NCBI RefSeq assembly: GCF_036971445.1
Contig: NC_091471.1
Coordinates: forward strand, 266,848,001-266,912,000
DNA from: Narcine bancroftii
Taxonomy: Eukaryota
Reading direction: 5' to 3'
Length of the DNA stretch: 64,000 bases
Below are positions 12,720-24,840 of the stretch, in pieces. The position numbers and the translations under genes were made by a program. Positions within the stretch are counted from its first letter, which is position 1. Each line of letters begins with the position of its first letter. Under the pieces are notes generated by a model that was not told where the DNA came from, made no database searches, and saw only the letters and a list, made by a program, of their open reading frames with translations.

Positions 12720-14180
12720 TCAAATTTAGATTTATTGTCAGAGTACATATATGACACCACATACAACCATGAGATTCCTTTTTCCTGCAGGTGTGCATGA
12801 ATTATGACTAATTGGTAGTGCAAAAAATAAACTGTACACAACATACACATGCAAACAAAGAAATGTAAACAGATAACAAATGTAAACAAACTGACTGTAC
12901 AATACAGAGAGAACAAAAAAAGAAAATCAATAAAGTGCACAAGTAAGACTCCTTAAATGAGACCCTGATTGAGTTTGATGTTGAGGAGTCTGATGGTGGA
13001 GGGGGAGCAGCTGTTCCTGAACCTGGTGGTACAAGTCTTGTGTCACTGATACCTCTTTCCCGGCAGCAGTGAGAACAGAGCATGTGCTGTGTGGTGTGGG
13101 TCTTGGATGATTGCTGCTGCTCTCAGTTGCAAGTGCAACTGGTTGATAATCATTAAGGAATGGCACCATTCCTTGTAGATGTACTCAATAGTGGGGAGTT
13201 TTGCCTGTGATGTCCTGGGCTGTGTCCACTACCTTTTGGAGGGCTTTACCCCCAGGGGCATTGGTGTTCTCATATCAGACCATGATGCAGTTGGTTAGCA
13301 CACTTTCAACCACATCTCTAGAAACTTGCCAAGGTTTCTGATGTCATACCAAACTGCCACAAACTCCTGAGGAAGTCAAAGTGCTGACGTACTTCCTTCT
13401 CGATCCCCCAATAATTACTGGAGTGTATATCTCTGATTTACCTTTCCTGAAGTCAACAGTCAGTTCCTTAGTTTTGGTGATATTGTGTGCAAGGTTGTTG
13501 TTGGTGCACCATTCAGTAAAGTATTCAATCTTCATCCTGTAAGCTGACTCATCCCCTCCCTTTATACAATCCAGTACCATGGTATCATCTGCAAATTTGT
13601 AGATGGTGTTATTGTTGTACCGAACCACACAGTCGTAGATCTAAAGTGAGTAGAGCAGGAGGCTAACAACATAGCCCTGTGGTGCTCCTGTACTGAAGGA
13701 GATTGTGTAGGAGATATTCTTACCAATCTTTACTAATTGTGGTCTGGAGGTGAGGAAATCCAATGACACAGAGGGGTGTTAACTCCCAGGTCTTGGAGTT
13801 TGCTGATCAGTTTTAAGGGGATGATAAGGGTGTTAAATGCCGAACTGTAGTTAATAAAGAGCATCCTGATGTATGCACCTTTGTGTAGAGCCAGTGAGAT
13901 GGCATCTGCCATAGACCTGTTACTGCGATAGGTGAACTGGAATGGATCCATGTCACCACTCAGAGAGGAGCTGATCTGCTTCATCACCAGCCTTTCAAAA
14001 CACTTGATGCAAGTGCAACTGGTTGATAATCATTAAGGAGGTTACTACACTCTTCTTGGGCACCAATATGAATAACGCCTGTTTGAAACAGGTGGGTACC
14101 AAGCCCATTGGATATTGAAGATATCCAAGAATTCCTTGGTAAGTTGGTCAGCACATATTTTTAATACTCAGCCAGGTTCC
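12720..14180 (-). mobile_element. Rex1/Babar-like LINE, 5'-truncated
   Basis: ORFs 13733-13987 ([12 protein letters not shown]...[10 protein letters not shown]) and 13344-13628 (YKFADD...TKELTVDFRK). Short-repeat tail (tgaatc-type on the minus strand) near 12710-12730. Confidence 0.85.
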
Positions 14181-14547
14181 GATGGAATTAACACAGTTGG
14201 ACCCTTTCAAACTACTGTGTAACTGGGGGGCAAATTACCCAGTTAACCCCATTTCACACGGGAGTTTGAAAGGGCCTAATGTTTTGATTTCTTTCAAAAT
14301 TAGTTTCTCAGCTCTTCTCTATTTTGTACTACCATGATTACAGATGCTGGAATATTATGCTATGCAAAAAAGGAAACTTTAAATTTAACATGCCTTTCAC
14401 AGTGTCTGGATATCCAAAGTACACTGCAGCTAATAAGGTGTTCTCTGAAGGGTATTGACTTTTAAATGTTGAAAATCCCCAGTAGCTACTTTTCAGACTG
14501 CAAGCTCTCAAAACAATTAAGATTATATTCCTTTAAATAAAAAAAAT

Positions 14548-14770
14548 GGGCAGCACGGCTAGTTTAGCGGTTAGCGCAATGCTGTTGCAGTGCCAGCAAT
14601 CAGAACTGGGTTCGAATCCCATGCCAAGCAGAGTTTATACGTTTCCCCCACGTCTGCGTGAGTTTCCTCCCACCTTTTAATATGTACCAGAGATTGTAGG
14701 CCAATTGGATGTAATTGGGCGGCATGGGCTGGTGGGCCAAAAGTGCCTGTTACCGTGCTGTATGTCTACA
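14548..14770 (+). mobile_element. tRNA-derived V-SINE/HE1-like SINE
   Basis: A-box-like tagtttagcggttagcgc, B-box gggttcgaatccc, central gtctgcgtgagtttcctcc and tail taccgtgctgtatgtcta. Several related copies occur in the window. Confidence 0.8.
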
Positions 14771-15002
14771 TTTAAAAAATATAACCCATTTTAATGCTCT
14801 TAGTTCAGTGATAAATATCCGCAAGCAAACAGTATGAGAACTTGACGTCCCTTCAAAATAATGCTCAGAACCTTAGGTTTCCACTGAGTCAGTATAGTGG
14901 GAGATTGAAAAAGTGAACATAGGAACATAGGTGAACATGCTGCATCCAAAAGTTTGACTAAGATGCATTTGCATTATAAAGTTAAAAAACTGGTTTCCAT
15001 AC

Positions 15003-15102
15003 CTGTTGCAAAAATAAACTGCATTGTTCGGATTCAATTCAATAGCTTTTGTATAGTAATCCACAGCACTTTGATAATTTTCTATTTTCATCTGTTCATT
15101 TC
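15003..15102 (-). CDS. SGTA: SGTA coding exon, TPR1 ([34 protein letters not shown])
   Basis: attcag|GA...AG|gtatgg, 100 nt. Confidence 0.95.
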
Positions 15103-15894
15103 CTGAATGAGGAAAAGGTCACAAGAATCAGCCTCATACAGACAAAGAAAACATAGTTTCCTTTATGACCAACTTAAAATGTGTAGATTCTAAGATTTTC
15201 TCATCCAGTCTATGTTCAGCTCTGCTGTCTCCTCCCCCCACACCCCCCAATACAATTCTCAACTTCAGTAAATAAAACATTAGAATATTTTGCATGTTAG
15301 AGAATGGGACAAGACTTATATGGGGGTCTGTGGCCACATTCAGATTAAAGATTGAAAATTGAGTTTAAGATAGTTAGAAGACAACAATTAAAAGTAAACA
15401 AAACACTTAAATTCAGGACAGAGTTGACTGCATCTGACAAAGAAAATAAATCTGTGCAATTGATTCCGACAAAGGGCCTAGTAGTGTGGCACCAATGTGC
15501 TTTCAAGACTAATTTAATTAAAAGCAGAAGCCTCATTATAGAATCACTTGGCCTTTGCGCCATCAATGTGGACTGTCCAATTCGACCCGCTGCCCTATCT
15601 TTTCCTCAAAACTTTAAAATTTCCTCCTTAAAGCACATTGAACTATCTGCAAAAATACTTGTTAATCAAAAAAAGCTCACAGTATTTGATGTTAAGGAAC
15701 AATTCTACTACTAATAGCACTGTGAGATAGAAAGTGACAATTTTAGCCTGTTAATTTAGGATATTCATTCACAGACACCAAAAGGTGGAATCCAATTTGA
15801 GTGACAATTTTGCAAAAATGCTTGGCAAAAGAACCATTGTTTAATTCTGCAAGTTAATAAGGTGATACAACATATTGCAAATGATTATTTGTAC

Positions 15895-15979
15895 CTTCAG
15901 TTTTCAACAGTTCAGCTTTTGAGAGATCTTCAACAGTTGGAGAGTGAAGATCAGAGTCCACAACCACATTAGGTACCTC
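15895..15979 (-). CDS. SGTA: SGTA coding exon, linker (EVPNVVVDSDLHSPTVEDLSKAELLKTEG)
   Basis: tttcag|GAG...GAA G|gtac, 85 nt. Phases fit both neighbours; AE-LKTEG motif. Confidence 0.92.
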
Positions 15980-16526
15980 CTGAAATTAAGCATAGTTAAA
16001 GTTTCTTAGAAAAAATTGCACCATGATTTTACTTTCAATGTCAGTAATCAAACATTTTTTTTTTAAAAAAAAGGGTTATGAGACAAAAAACCTCCCACAA
16101 ATAACAGAATGTAATGTAACTTAGCTTTAAAATCTGAAGGTCAGCCAAGATTCATTTATGCACAACACTTAACATGGAACAGTTGAACTGAGATGCATGT
16201 AGCTAGGAAATAAATGGAGAACATGGATTTCATTTGGTTTCAAGCACCCTTCATTGTAATGAAGCATTTGATCAGTTGATTTTTTTTTAAATTTTTTTTA
16301 TTTTTCACACCATAAACCACACTGACCAAGATACATACATTTTCCTTTTCAAATATATAGTGTCAATTTCTCCCCCCCTCCCTCCTCCCATCCCACCCTC
16401 CCTACCTCCCCCCCATTCATTTAAAGTACAAAATCTAAGACACATTAAACAATGTTGTCATTCAATAAAAATAAACAAGAAGTTCCACTGAGTCAATTCT
16501 TTTTATTTCCTTCTCCTTTCGTTAAT

Positions 16527-19500
16527 TTAGGTGGTAGATGTCCCCTGTAGGTTTTCTCTATTGTGTTTCATGTATGGCTCCCATATTTGTTCAAATATTT
16601 CAATATTATTTCTTAAATTATATGTTATTTTTTTCTAATGGAATACCTTTATTCCTTTCTACATACCATTGTTGTATTCTCAAATTATCTTCCAATTTCC
16701 AGGTTGACATAATACATTTTTTTGCTACGGCTAGAGCTATCTTATCAAATCTTTTTTGTGCACCATCCAAATCAAGTCCAAATTCTTTATTTTTTATGTT
16801 TCTTAGGAGGAAGATTTCTCGGTTTTTTGGTATATTGTTTTCTGTAATTTTATTTAATATCTGGTTTAGATCTTCCCAAAATTTTTCTACCTTCTCACAT
16901 GTCCAGATTGCATGAATTGTTGTTCCCATTTCATTTTTACATCGAAAACATCTGTCAGATACTGTTGGGTCCCATTTATTTAACTTTTGAGGTGTAATGT
17001 ATAGCCTGTGTATCCAGTTATATTGTATCATACGTAACCTCGTATTTATTGTATTTCTCATCGTTCCAGAACATAACTTCTCCCATGTTTCTTCTTTATC
17101 TTTATATTTAAATCTTGTTCCCATTTTTGTTTAGTTTTACCATTTGTTTCCTCATTCTCCTTTTCTTGCAGTTTAATATACATATTTGTTATAAATCTTT
17201 TGATTGTCATTGTATCTGTAATCACATATTCAAAGTTACTTCCCTCTGGTAACCTCAGACTACTTCCTAATTTGTCCTTCAAGTAGGATCTCAATTGGTA
17301 ATATGCCAACACTGTATCTTGAGTTATCCACATTAGTTTAAACTCCACAAGGAGTTTATCCTTCATTTGTTCAAAGGATAATAATCTATTTCCTAAAAAA
17401 CAATTTTCTATTCTTTTGATCCCTTTTTTCTCCCATTCTCTAAAGGAAAGGTTATCTATTGTAAAAGGGAGTAACTGATTTTGCGTCATTATTAGTTTTG
17501 GTAATTGGTAATTTGTTTTATTCCTTTCTACATGAATCTTCTTCCAAATATTGAGCAGATGATGTAATACTGGAGAACTCCTACGTTGTACCAATTTTTC
17601 ATCCCATTTATATAATATGTATTCAGGTATCTTTTCCCCTATTTTATCTAGTTCTAATCTAGTCCAATCTGGCTTTTCCCTTGTTTGATAAAAATCTGAT
17701 AGGTATCTTAATTGTGCGGCTCTATAATAATTTTTAAAGTTTGGCAATTGTAAGCCTCCTTGTTTATACCATTCTGTTAATTTATCTAGTGCTATCCTCG
17801 GTTTCCCCCCTTTCCATAAAAATTTCCTTATTATTTTCTTTAACTCCTTGAAGAATTTCTCTGTCAAGTGTATTGGCAATGCCTGAAATAGGTATAGTAT
17901 CCTTGGAAAAATGTTCATTTTAATACAGTTTATCCTTCCTATTAGTGTTAGTGGTAAATCTTTCCAATGCTCTAAATCGCCCTGTAATTTTTTCATTAGT
18001 GGATAATAATTGAGTTTATATAGATGGCCGAGATTTTTATTTGTTTGTATACCTAGGTATCTTATTGCTTGCATTTGCCATCTGAATGGTGATTCCTTCT
18101 TAAATTTTGAAAAATCCGCATTATTCATTGGCATTGCTTCACTTTTATTTACGTTAACTTTGTAACCCAACACTTCTCCATATTCCTTCAATTTCTTATA
18201 TAATTCTTTTATTGATAGTTCTGGTTCTGTTAAGTATACTATAACATCGTCCACAAATAGACTGATTTTACATTCCTTATCTTTTATTTTTATCCCTTTT
18301 ATATTATTTTCTGTTCTTATCAATTCTGTTAGTGGTTCTATAGCTAACGCGAACAATAAGGGTGATAGTGGACATCCCTGCCTTGTTGATCTGCTTAAAT
18401 TAAATTGCTTTGATATATATCCATTTACTGTCACTTTCGCCAATGGCCCCTTATATAATGCTTTAATCCAATTAATATACTTCTCTGGTAAACTGAATTT
18501 TTGCAATACTTTGAATAAATAATTCCATTCTACTCTGTCAAAGGCCTTCTCTGCGTCTAAAGCAACTGCTACTGTTGGCGCTTTACTCCCTTCTACTGCA
18601 TGAATTAAGTTAATAAATTTACAAATATTGTCTGTTGTCCGTCTTTTTTTAATAAATCCAGTTTGGCCTAGATTTACCATTTTAGGTATATAATCTGCTA
18701 ATCTGTTTGCTAATAGTTTAGCTATTATCTTATAATCTGTGTTAAGTAATGATATTGGTCTATAAGACGCTGGTGCGAGTGGATCTTTCCCTTGCTTTGG
18801 TATTACTGTAACTATTGCTGTTTTACATGAATCTGGTAAGCTTTGTGTTTTGTCAATCTGGTTGATTACTTCCAGGAGGGGAGGAATTAATAAATCTTTA
18901 AATGTTTTATAGAATTCTATTGGGAATCCATCCTCTCCTGGTGTTTTATTAGTTGGTAGTTTTTTTATTATCTCTTGTATTTCTACTATTTCAAATGGTT
19001 CTGTTAATTTATTTTGTTCCTCTATTTGTAATTTTGGTAGTTCAATTTTAGTTAAAAATTCATCTATTTTGCCTTCTTTCCCTTCGTTTTCAGTTTGGTA
19101 TAATTGTTCATAGAATTCTCTAAAGTTTTCATTAATCTCCGTTGGATTATATGTGATTTGTTTGTCTTTTTTCCTTGATGCCAATACCATTTTCTTAGCT
19201 TGTTCTGTCTTAAGCTGCCATGCTAGAATTTTATGCGTTTTTTCCCCTAGTTCATAATATTTCTGTTTTGTCTTCATTATGTTCTTCTCCACCTTATATG
19301 TTTGTAGTGTTTCATATTTTATTTTTTTATCTGCCAATTCTCTTCTTTTAGTTGCATCTTCCTTCATTGCTAATTCTTTTTATATATTTACTATTTCCCT
19401 TTCCAACTGCTCTGTTTCCTGATTGTAGTCCTTCTTCATCTTGGTTACATAACTTATTATTTGCCCTCTAATGAATGCTTTCATTGCATCCCATAATATA

Positions 19501-20345
19501 AACTTATCTTTCACTGATTCTGTATTTATTTCAAAGTACATTTTAATTTGTCTTTCAATGAATTCTCTAAAATCCTGCCTTTTAAGTAGCATGGAGTTTA
19601 ATCTCCATCTGTACATTCTTAGAGGGATGTCCTCTAACTCTATTGTCAATATCAAGGGTGAATGGTCCGATAATATTCTAGCTTTATATTCTGTTTTTCT
19701 TACTCTATCTTGCATACGAGCTGATAACAGAAATAGGCCTATTCTTGAGTATGTTTTATGTCTACCCAAATAATATGAATATTCCTTTTCCTTTGGGTGT
19801 TGTTTCCTCCATATATCTAAAAGTTGCATTTCTTGCATCGATTTAATTATAAATTTGGTTACTTTGTTCTTTCTGTAAATTTTTTCCCCAGTTTTGTCCA
19901 TATTTGAATCCAAATTAAGATTGAAATCCCCTCCTATTAATACGTTCCCTTGCATGTCTGCTATTTTCAAAAATATATCTTGCATAAACTTTTGATCTTC
20001 TTCGTTAGGTGAATATATATTGAGTAGATTCCAAAACTCAGAATATATCTTACATTTTCTCATTACATATCTCCCTGCTGGATCTATTATTTCTTCTTCT
20101 ATTTTAATTGGTATATTTTTACTGATTAATATAGCTACTCCTCTTGCTTTTGAATTATACGACGCTGCTGTTACATGTCCTACCCAATCTCTCTTTAATT
20201 TCTTGTGCTCCAATTCAGTTAAATGTGTTTCTTGCACAAATGCTATATCAATTTTTTCTTTTTTCAGTAAATTTAGCAGTTTCTTCCTTTTGATTTGGTT
20301 ATGTATTCCATTAATATTTAAAGTCATATAGTTCAACGTAGCCAT
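16527..20345 (-). pseudogene. L1 ORF2 (APE endonuclease, RT, CCHC knuckle), lightly disrupted
   Basis: APE motifs TLNING, VQETH, GGDFN and SDH; RT motifs DAEKAFD, RQGCPLSP and FVDD; knuckle CFRC...HAIWTC. One in-frame TAA at 19380-19382, plus frameshifts at about 17095 and 16630. Confidence 0.93.
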
Positions 20346-20811
20346 TTCATACTTTGTTTATCTTCCCTTTCCGTTTCTCCATCATCACCTTTCCTTCTTA
20401 TCCATTTCTGTTTTCTTGTTTTGAACACTTTATAAGACAACATTTCTAAAACATCAAACATTTTCCTTATTTTCCTACTTAAAACTTCTTTAACCCCATT
20501 CTCCCCTCCCCCTCCTGAGTTGCCCTTTATCCCTTGCCGGGCAACCACATCTCCACTTTTCATTTGGATTTGTGAATTCACTCACAAGCGTCAACTGATT
20601 TTGCAGTGACCGTAACTCCTCCCCACCCAGCCCCCCCCCCCGGAAAAGATTTCAATTTTCATATATAACAAAGGTCACTCTTTTAATTCCCTCCTTATCC
20701 CCTCTTTTCCCTTTCATTCCCTTATTAATTCTTATCTATACTCTATATATTTTCCTCTAAATACGGATACACTCATGTATACACATATATACCTACACAC
20801 CTATATATATA

Positions 20812-21251
20812 TCCACGCTGCTGAAGATCCAGCTGCGCTGGATGGGTCACGTCTCCAGAATGGAGGACCATCGCCTTCCCAAGATCGTATTATATGGCGA
20901 GCTCTCCACTGGCCACCGTGACAGAGGTGCACCAAAGAAAAGGTACAAGGACTGCCTAAAGAAATCTCTTGGTGCCTGCCACATTGACCACCGCCAGTGG
21001 GCTGATAACGCCTCACAGTTTGGCGGGCAGCAGCCTCCTTTGAAGAAGACCGCAGAGCCCACCTCACTGACAAAAGGCAAAGGAGGAAAAACCCAACACC
21101 CAACCCCAACCAACCAATTTTCCCTTGCAACCGCTGCAATCGTGTCTGCCTGTCCCGCATCGGACTGGTCAGCCACAAACGAGCCTGCAGCTGACGTGGA
21201 CTTTTTACCCCCTCCATAAATCTTCGTCCGCGAAGCCAAGCCAAAGAAGAA
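20812..21251 (+). mobile_element. RTE (BovB-like) LINE 3' fragment nested in the L1 inter-ORF spacer
   Basis: QLRWMGHVSRMEDHRLPKIVLYGELSTGHRDRGAPKKRYKDCLK is a typical RTE ORF C-terminus. Ends ccaaagaagaa and is flanked by (TA)n on both sides. Confidence 0.88.
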
Positions 21252-21310
21252 TATATATATATATATATACCCATATACACACATACATATAGTTCGTGGT
21301 CATTTTTTCA

Positions 21311-22532
21311 TTACTTGTCTTCATCTCTCTGCTTGTTTTGTAGTTGTTCTGCAAATTTTTGTGCTTCCTCTGGATCCGAGAATAGTCTGTTTTGTTGCCC
21401 TGGAATAACTATTTTAAGTACCGCTGGGCACTTTAACATAAATTTATATCCTTTTTTCCATAAGATCGTTTTTGCTGTATTGAACTCCTTCCTTTTCTTC
21501 AGGAGTTCAAAACTTATGTCTGAATCGAAAAAAATTTTTTGACCTTTGTATTCCAGTGGCTTTTTGTCTTCTCTTATTTTCTTCATTGCTTTCTCCAATA
21601 TATTTTCTCTTGTTGTATATCTTAAAAATTTTACTAGAATGGATCTTGGTTTTTGCTGCGGTTGTGGTTTCGGGGCTAATGTTCTATGTGCCCTCTCTAT
21701 TTCTATTTCTTCCTGCAATTCTGGTCTTCCTAGGACCCTGGGGATCCAATCTTTTATAAATTCTCTCATATTCTTGCCTTCTTCATCTTCCTTAAGGCCC
21801 ACTATCTTTATATTATTTCTTCTATTATAGTTTTCCATTATATCTATCTTCTGAGCTAACAGCTCATGTGCCTCTTTAACTTTTTTTATTAGATTCTTCT
21901 AATTTCTCTTTTAAGTCCTCTACTTCCATTTCTACGATTATTTCTCGTTCTTCCATATTTTCCACTCTTTTTCCTATCTCTGATATGACTATTTCTATTT
22001 TATTTATTTTTTCTTCTGCATTCTTAATTCTTCTTTTTATCTCATTAAATTCTTGTAATTGCCATTCTTTCACTGATTCCATATATTCTTTAAAAAAAGA
22101 TATATCCATTGTCTTGCCTTTCTCTTCTTCCATTTCTTTCTGTTCTTCTTCTTCTTCTGGGTTGACCATCTGTTGTTTCCTTGTTTTCTTTTTACCCTCT
22201 TCTTTCTTGTTGTCGTTATTTTCTCTGTTCTGCATCTGTTGCTGTGTTGCAGGTGTCTCTCTCGGCTGTGGAGATCGACTCCGCAGCTGCTCCCCCCTCC
22301 CGTCAGTGTGTTTTTTTTCATGCGCATAGCGCATGCGCGGTTGCGCACTTTTACTCGGCTCTGCGAGCCATTTATGTAGTCTCGAGCGCGGGACTTCCAC
22401 TGACCTGAGGGAGCGGGCTTCTCTCTCTGCGGCGGGCCTCCTTGGACAGGTAAGGCCTTCACCTTCTTCTTCCGACGTTCTTTCATCTTCTCTTCTTCCC
22501 GTTGTTTTCGACTTTTCTCTCTTCGCTGCCAT
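21311..22532 (-). pseudogene. L1 ORF1 (coiled coil plus Transposase_22-type RRM/CTD), one frameshift
   Basis: ENYNRRNNIKIVGL...EIERAHR...PRSILVKF motifs. The two ORF parts are out of frame across the homopolymer at about 21880-21887. The true start codon is uncertain. Confidence 0.88.
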
Positions 22533-22687
22533 TTTCTTCTCACCTTTATTTTTACTTTGTTTTAATTTTTACTCTTGTACCTTTGAGTTTTATGCGTTTT
22601 TTTTCAACTTTTCCGGAGAGGGCTGGAATTCCCTGACCGGCCACTACTCCATTGCGTGACTCCAGTGATCAGTTGATTTTTTAAAAC

Positions 22688-22870
22688 CCTTCTGGCCACA
22701 AGCTTGTGCCACACCAATTAACCCTGTATGTTTTTGAAGGGTGGGAGGAATCTGGAGAAACATACACACAGACACGGGAAGAAGGTACAAACTCCTTAGA
22801 GACAGCACTAAATTTGAATCCAGGGTCACTGGTACATTAATAGCATTGCGCTAACTACCATGCTAATGAG
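22688..22870 (-). mobile_element. V-SINE/HE1-like SINE
   Basis: Reverse-complement similarity to the SINE at 14548 (B-box-like ggattcaaat, gagtttgtaccttcttcccgtgtct). Confidence 0.65.
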
Positions 22871-23702
22871 ATCAGTACAACAAAGAAAAATGATAAAGGA
22901 ACCAAAGAAAAACTTGTGCCTGGTCATTTTGGAAGTGAGAAATTGAGCGATGTGTGCAAACACATTAAAATGAAAGTCCTATTTAAGATAACTGCTACAC
23001 AAAGTAGCAACTAAAACAATGACACTGTCGAGCTAATTAGAACAATTCTGCTCCTCAGTCTTACGGTTCCTCACAATAATGCCATCTCGAAGAAATCATG
23101 TCAGTGTCTCTACCTCCTCGGGAATTTGCAATAGTTTGGTATGACATCAGAAACCCTGGCAAATTTCTATAGATGCATGGTGAAAAGTTTGCTGACCACT
23201 TGCATCACAGTCTAGTATGGGGACACCAATACCCCTGAGCATAAAGCCCTCCAAAGGGTAGTGAGCACAGTCCAGGACATTACAGCCATGTCTGCTAAAT
23301 GCCCATGTGTGTCTCCTGCTTCTGGTGAGAAGGAAAATAGGAAAGCAATCACTCTGGATTCTTCATACCCAGTGTACTTTCAGCTGAGAACCATGCACTG
23401 GTTCTGTCTCGCTCACAGGAAAGAGAAACTCAGGGTTGTATGTGATCTCATGTATGTATTGACAGTAAACAAAATAAACAAATAAATAAATAGATGGTCT
23501 GCAACGGGTCACGATCATCAAACAAGTTGATTCAATAGCTTTGATAGTGCGCACATTTCCTTGTCTCCCTCTTTATCCTATTGTGGTGCCAATAGCTTAA
23601 AATCTAGCGTTGCTGCGTACAACAAACATTTCACGGTTCCCAATGCGTTAATCTTCGGTGAAAGGGTTTCCTGATACATCAACTGTATCAACTTATCAAT
23701 CA

Positions 23703-23905
23703 GGCAGCATGGTCGGCGTAACACTGTTACAGCGCCAGTGACTAGGACTGGCAATCGAGTATGTTCGTTCTCTCAGTGTCTGCATGGGTTTCCTCTGGGT
23801 GCTCCAGTTTCCTCCCACCCTCCAAAACGTACCAGGGGTTGTAGGTCAATTGGGTGTAATTAGGCAGCTTGGGCTCATAGGCCGAAGGGGCTTGTATGTC
23901 TAAAA
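23703..23905 (+). mobile_element. V-SINE/HE1-like SINE
   Basis: ggcagcatggtcggcgta...gtgtctgcatgggtttcctctgggtgctccagtttcctcccac...gtatgtctaaa. Confidence 0.75.
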
Positions 23906-24035
23906 TTGAAATTTATTATTTTGTTCCTGTTTAGCTCAAAGGCATATTAAGGACCACCAGAAAATACTTACTGTTATCACTTCAGTACACATTGAATTAG
24001 GAAGATGCGGTCTAACTGAACATCTGAAAAATTAT

Positions 24036-24366
24036 TGTAATAGTCGAATTTAGGGACCGATTTTTTGGGGTAAATTTGCTGGGGGGGGGGGGGAATTGAC
24101 TTTTACACAGATATTATCTTTGTACTTGTGTCGTTCAAGGCACCTGTAGCTTGGATAACCAGAACCATTGGGGAGGAGGCTAGCGCAAGGGTATGCACTC
24201 GGGATGTCAGGAGCCCTGGTGAGTGTGCGGCCAGGGCATCGCGCCAGGAGATTGTATGGGTGGGTGGCCAACTTTTACAAGGGTCATATTGAAAACATCC
24301 AATTTTTGGACCAAAAATTAGGGGGAGGGGGGGGTCAGAAGAACAACTATTACACGAGTATGTATG
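24036..24366. mobile_element. Degraded non-autonomous Tc1/mariner-pogo (Tc2-like) MITE
   Basis: Ends tgtaatagtcga and caactattacacgagtatgtatg. Related in inverted orientation to 25408-25830. Confidence 0.5.
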
Positions 24367-24602
24367 ATATGTATAACAATTGCTTGAATCCAAAACCATC
24401 TGCAACTCGAGTGATTGATTTTAGTCGGTAATTTTTAGACAATCCGCAATAGAGCAGAATTGATCTTGGAAGGCTACACAAGGTAAGGATGTATAAAATC
24501 ATGACGTGGATGGATCTGGAAAAACTAAATCCTTCCAGAAGAAACCAATTTCAGAATCAAACTGTTGCATATTTAAATGTAAACAACTACTTTTTCTTCC
24601 CA

Positions 24603-24810
24603 ATTGGTGTAGCGGTTAGCTCAACGCCTTTACAACGTGAGTGATCAGTCGGTCTGAGGTTCAAATACTGGGTTGTCTGTAAGGAGTTTGACTGTTCTCC
24701 CCTTGTCTGCGTGGATTTTCCCCACAGGCTCCAGTTTTCTCCCGCTGTTCGAAATATACCAATTGGGCGTGGGCCAAAATGGCCTGCTACCATACTGTAT
24801 GTCTAAATTT
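24603..24810 (+). mobile_element. V-SINE/HE1-like SINE
   Basis: ggtgtagcggttagc, ggttcaaat, gtaaggagtttg...tgtctgcgtgg and tail ctgtatgtctaaattt. Confidence 0.72.
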
Positions 24811-24840
24811 AAATTTTAAAAATTTAAATTCAGTTCTTAC

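Larger units (their letters stand above)
16286..22665 (-). mobile_element. Full-length L1-clade LINE (5' UTR, ORF1, ORF2, A-rich tail) with 17-bp TSD, sense to SGTA
   Basis: TSD tgatcagttgatttttt at 16269-16285 and 22666-22682, followed by aaaa (TTTT/AA L1 endonuclease site). T-rich tail on the + strand at about 16280-16305. ORF1 and ORF2 are both present. Confidence 0.96.

Noticed and set aside
14548-14625. tRNA gene (A and B boxes)
   Set aside because: No complete cloverleaf, and it continues into a SINE core and tail found several times in the window.
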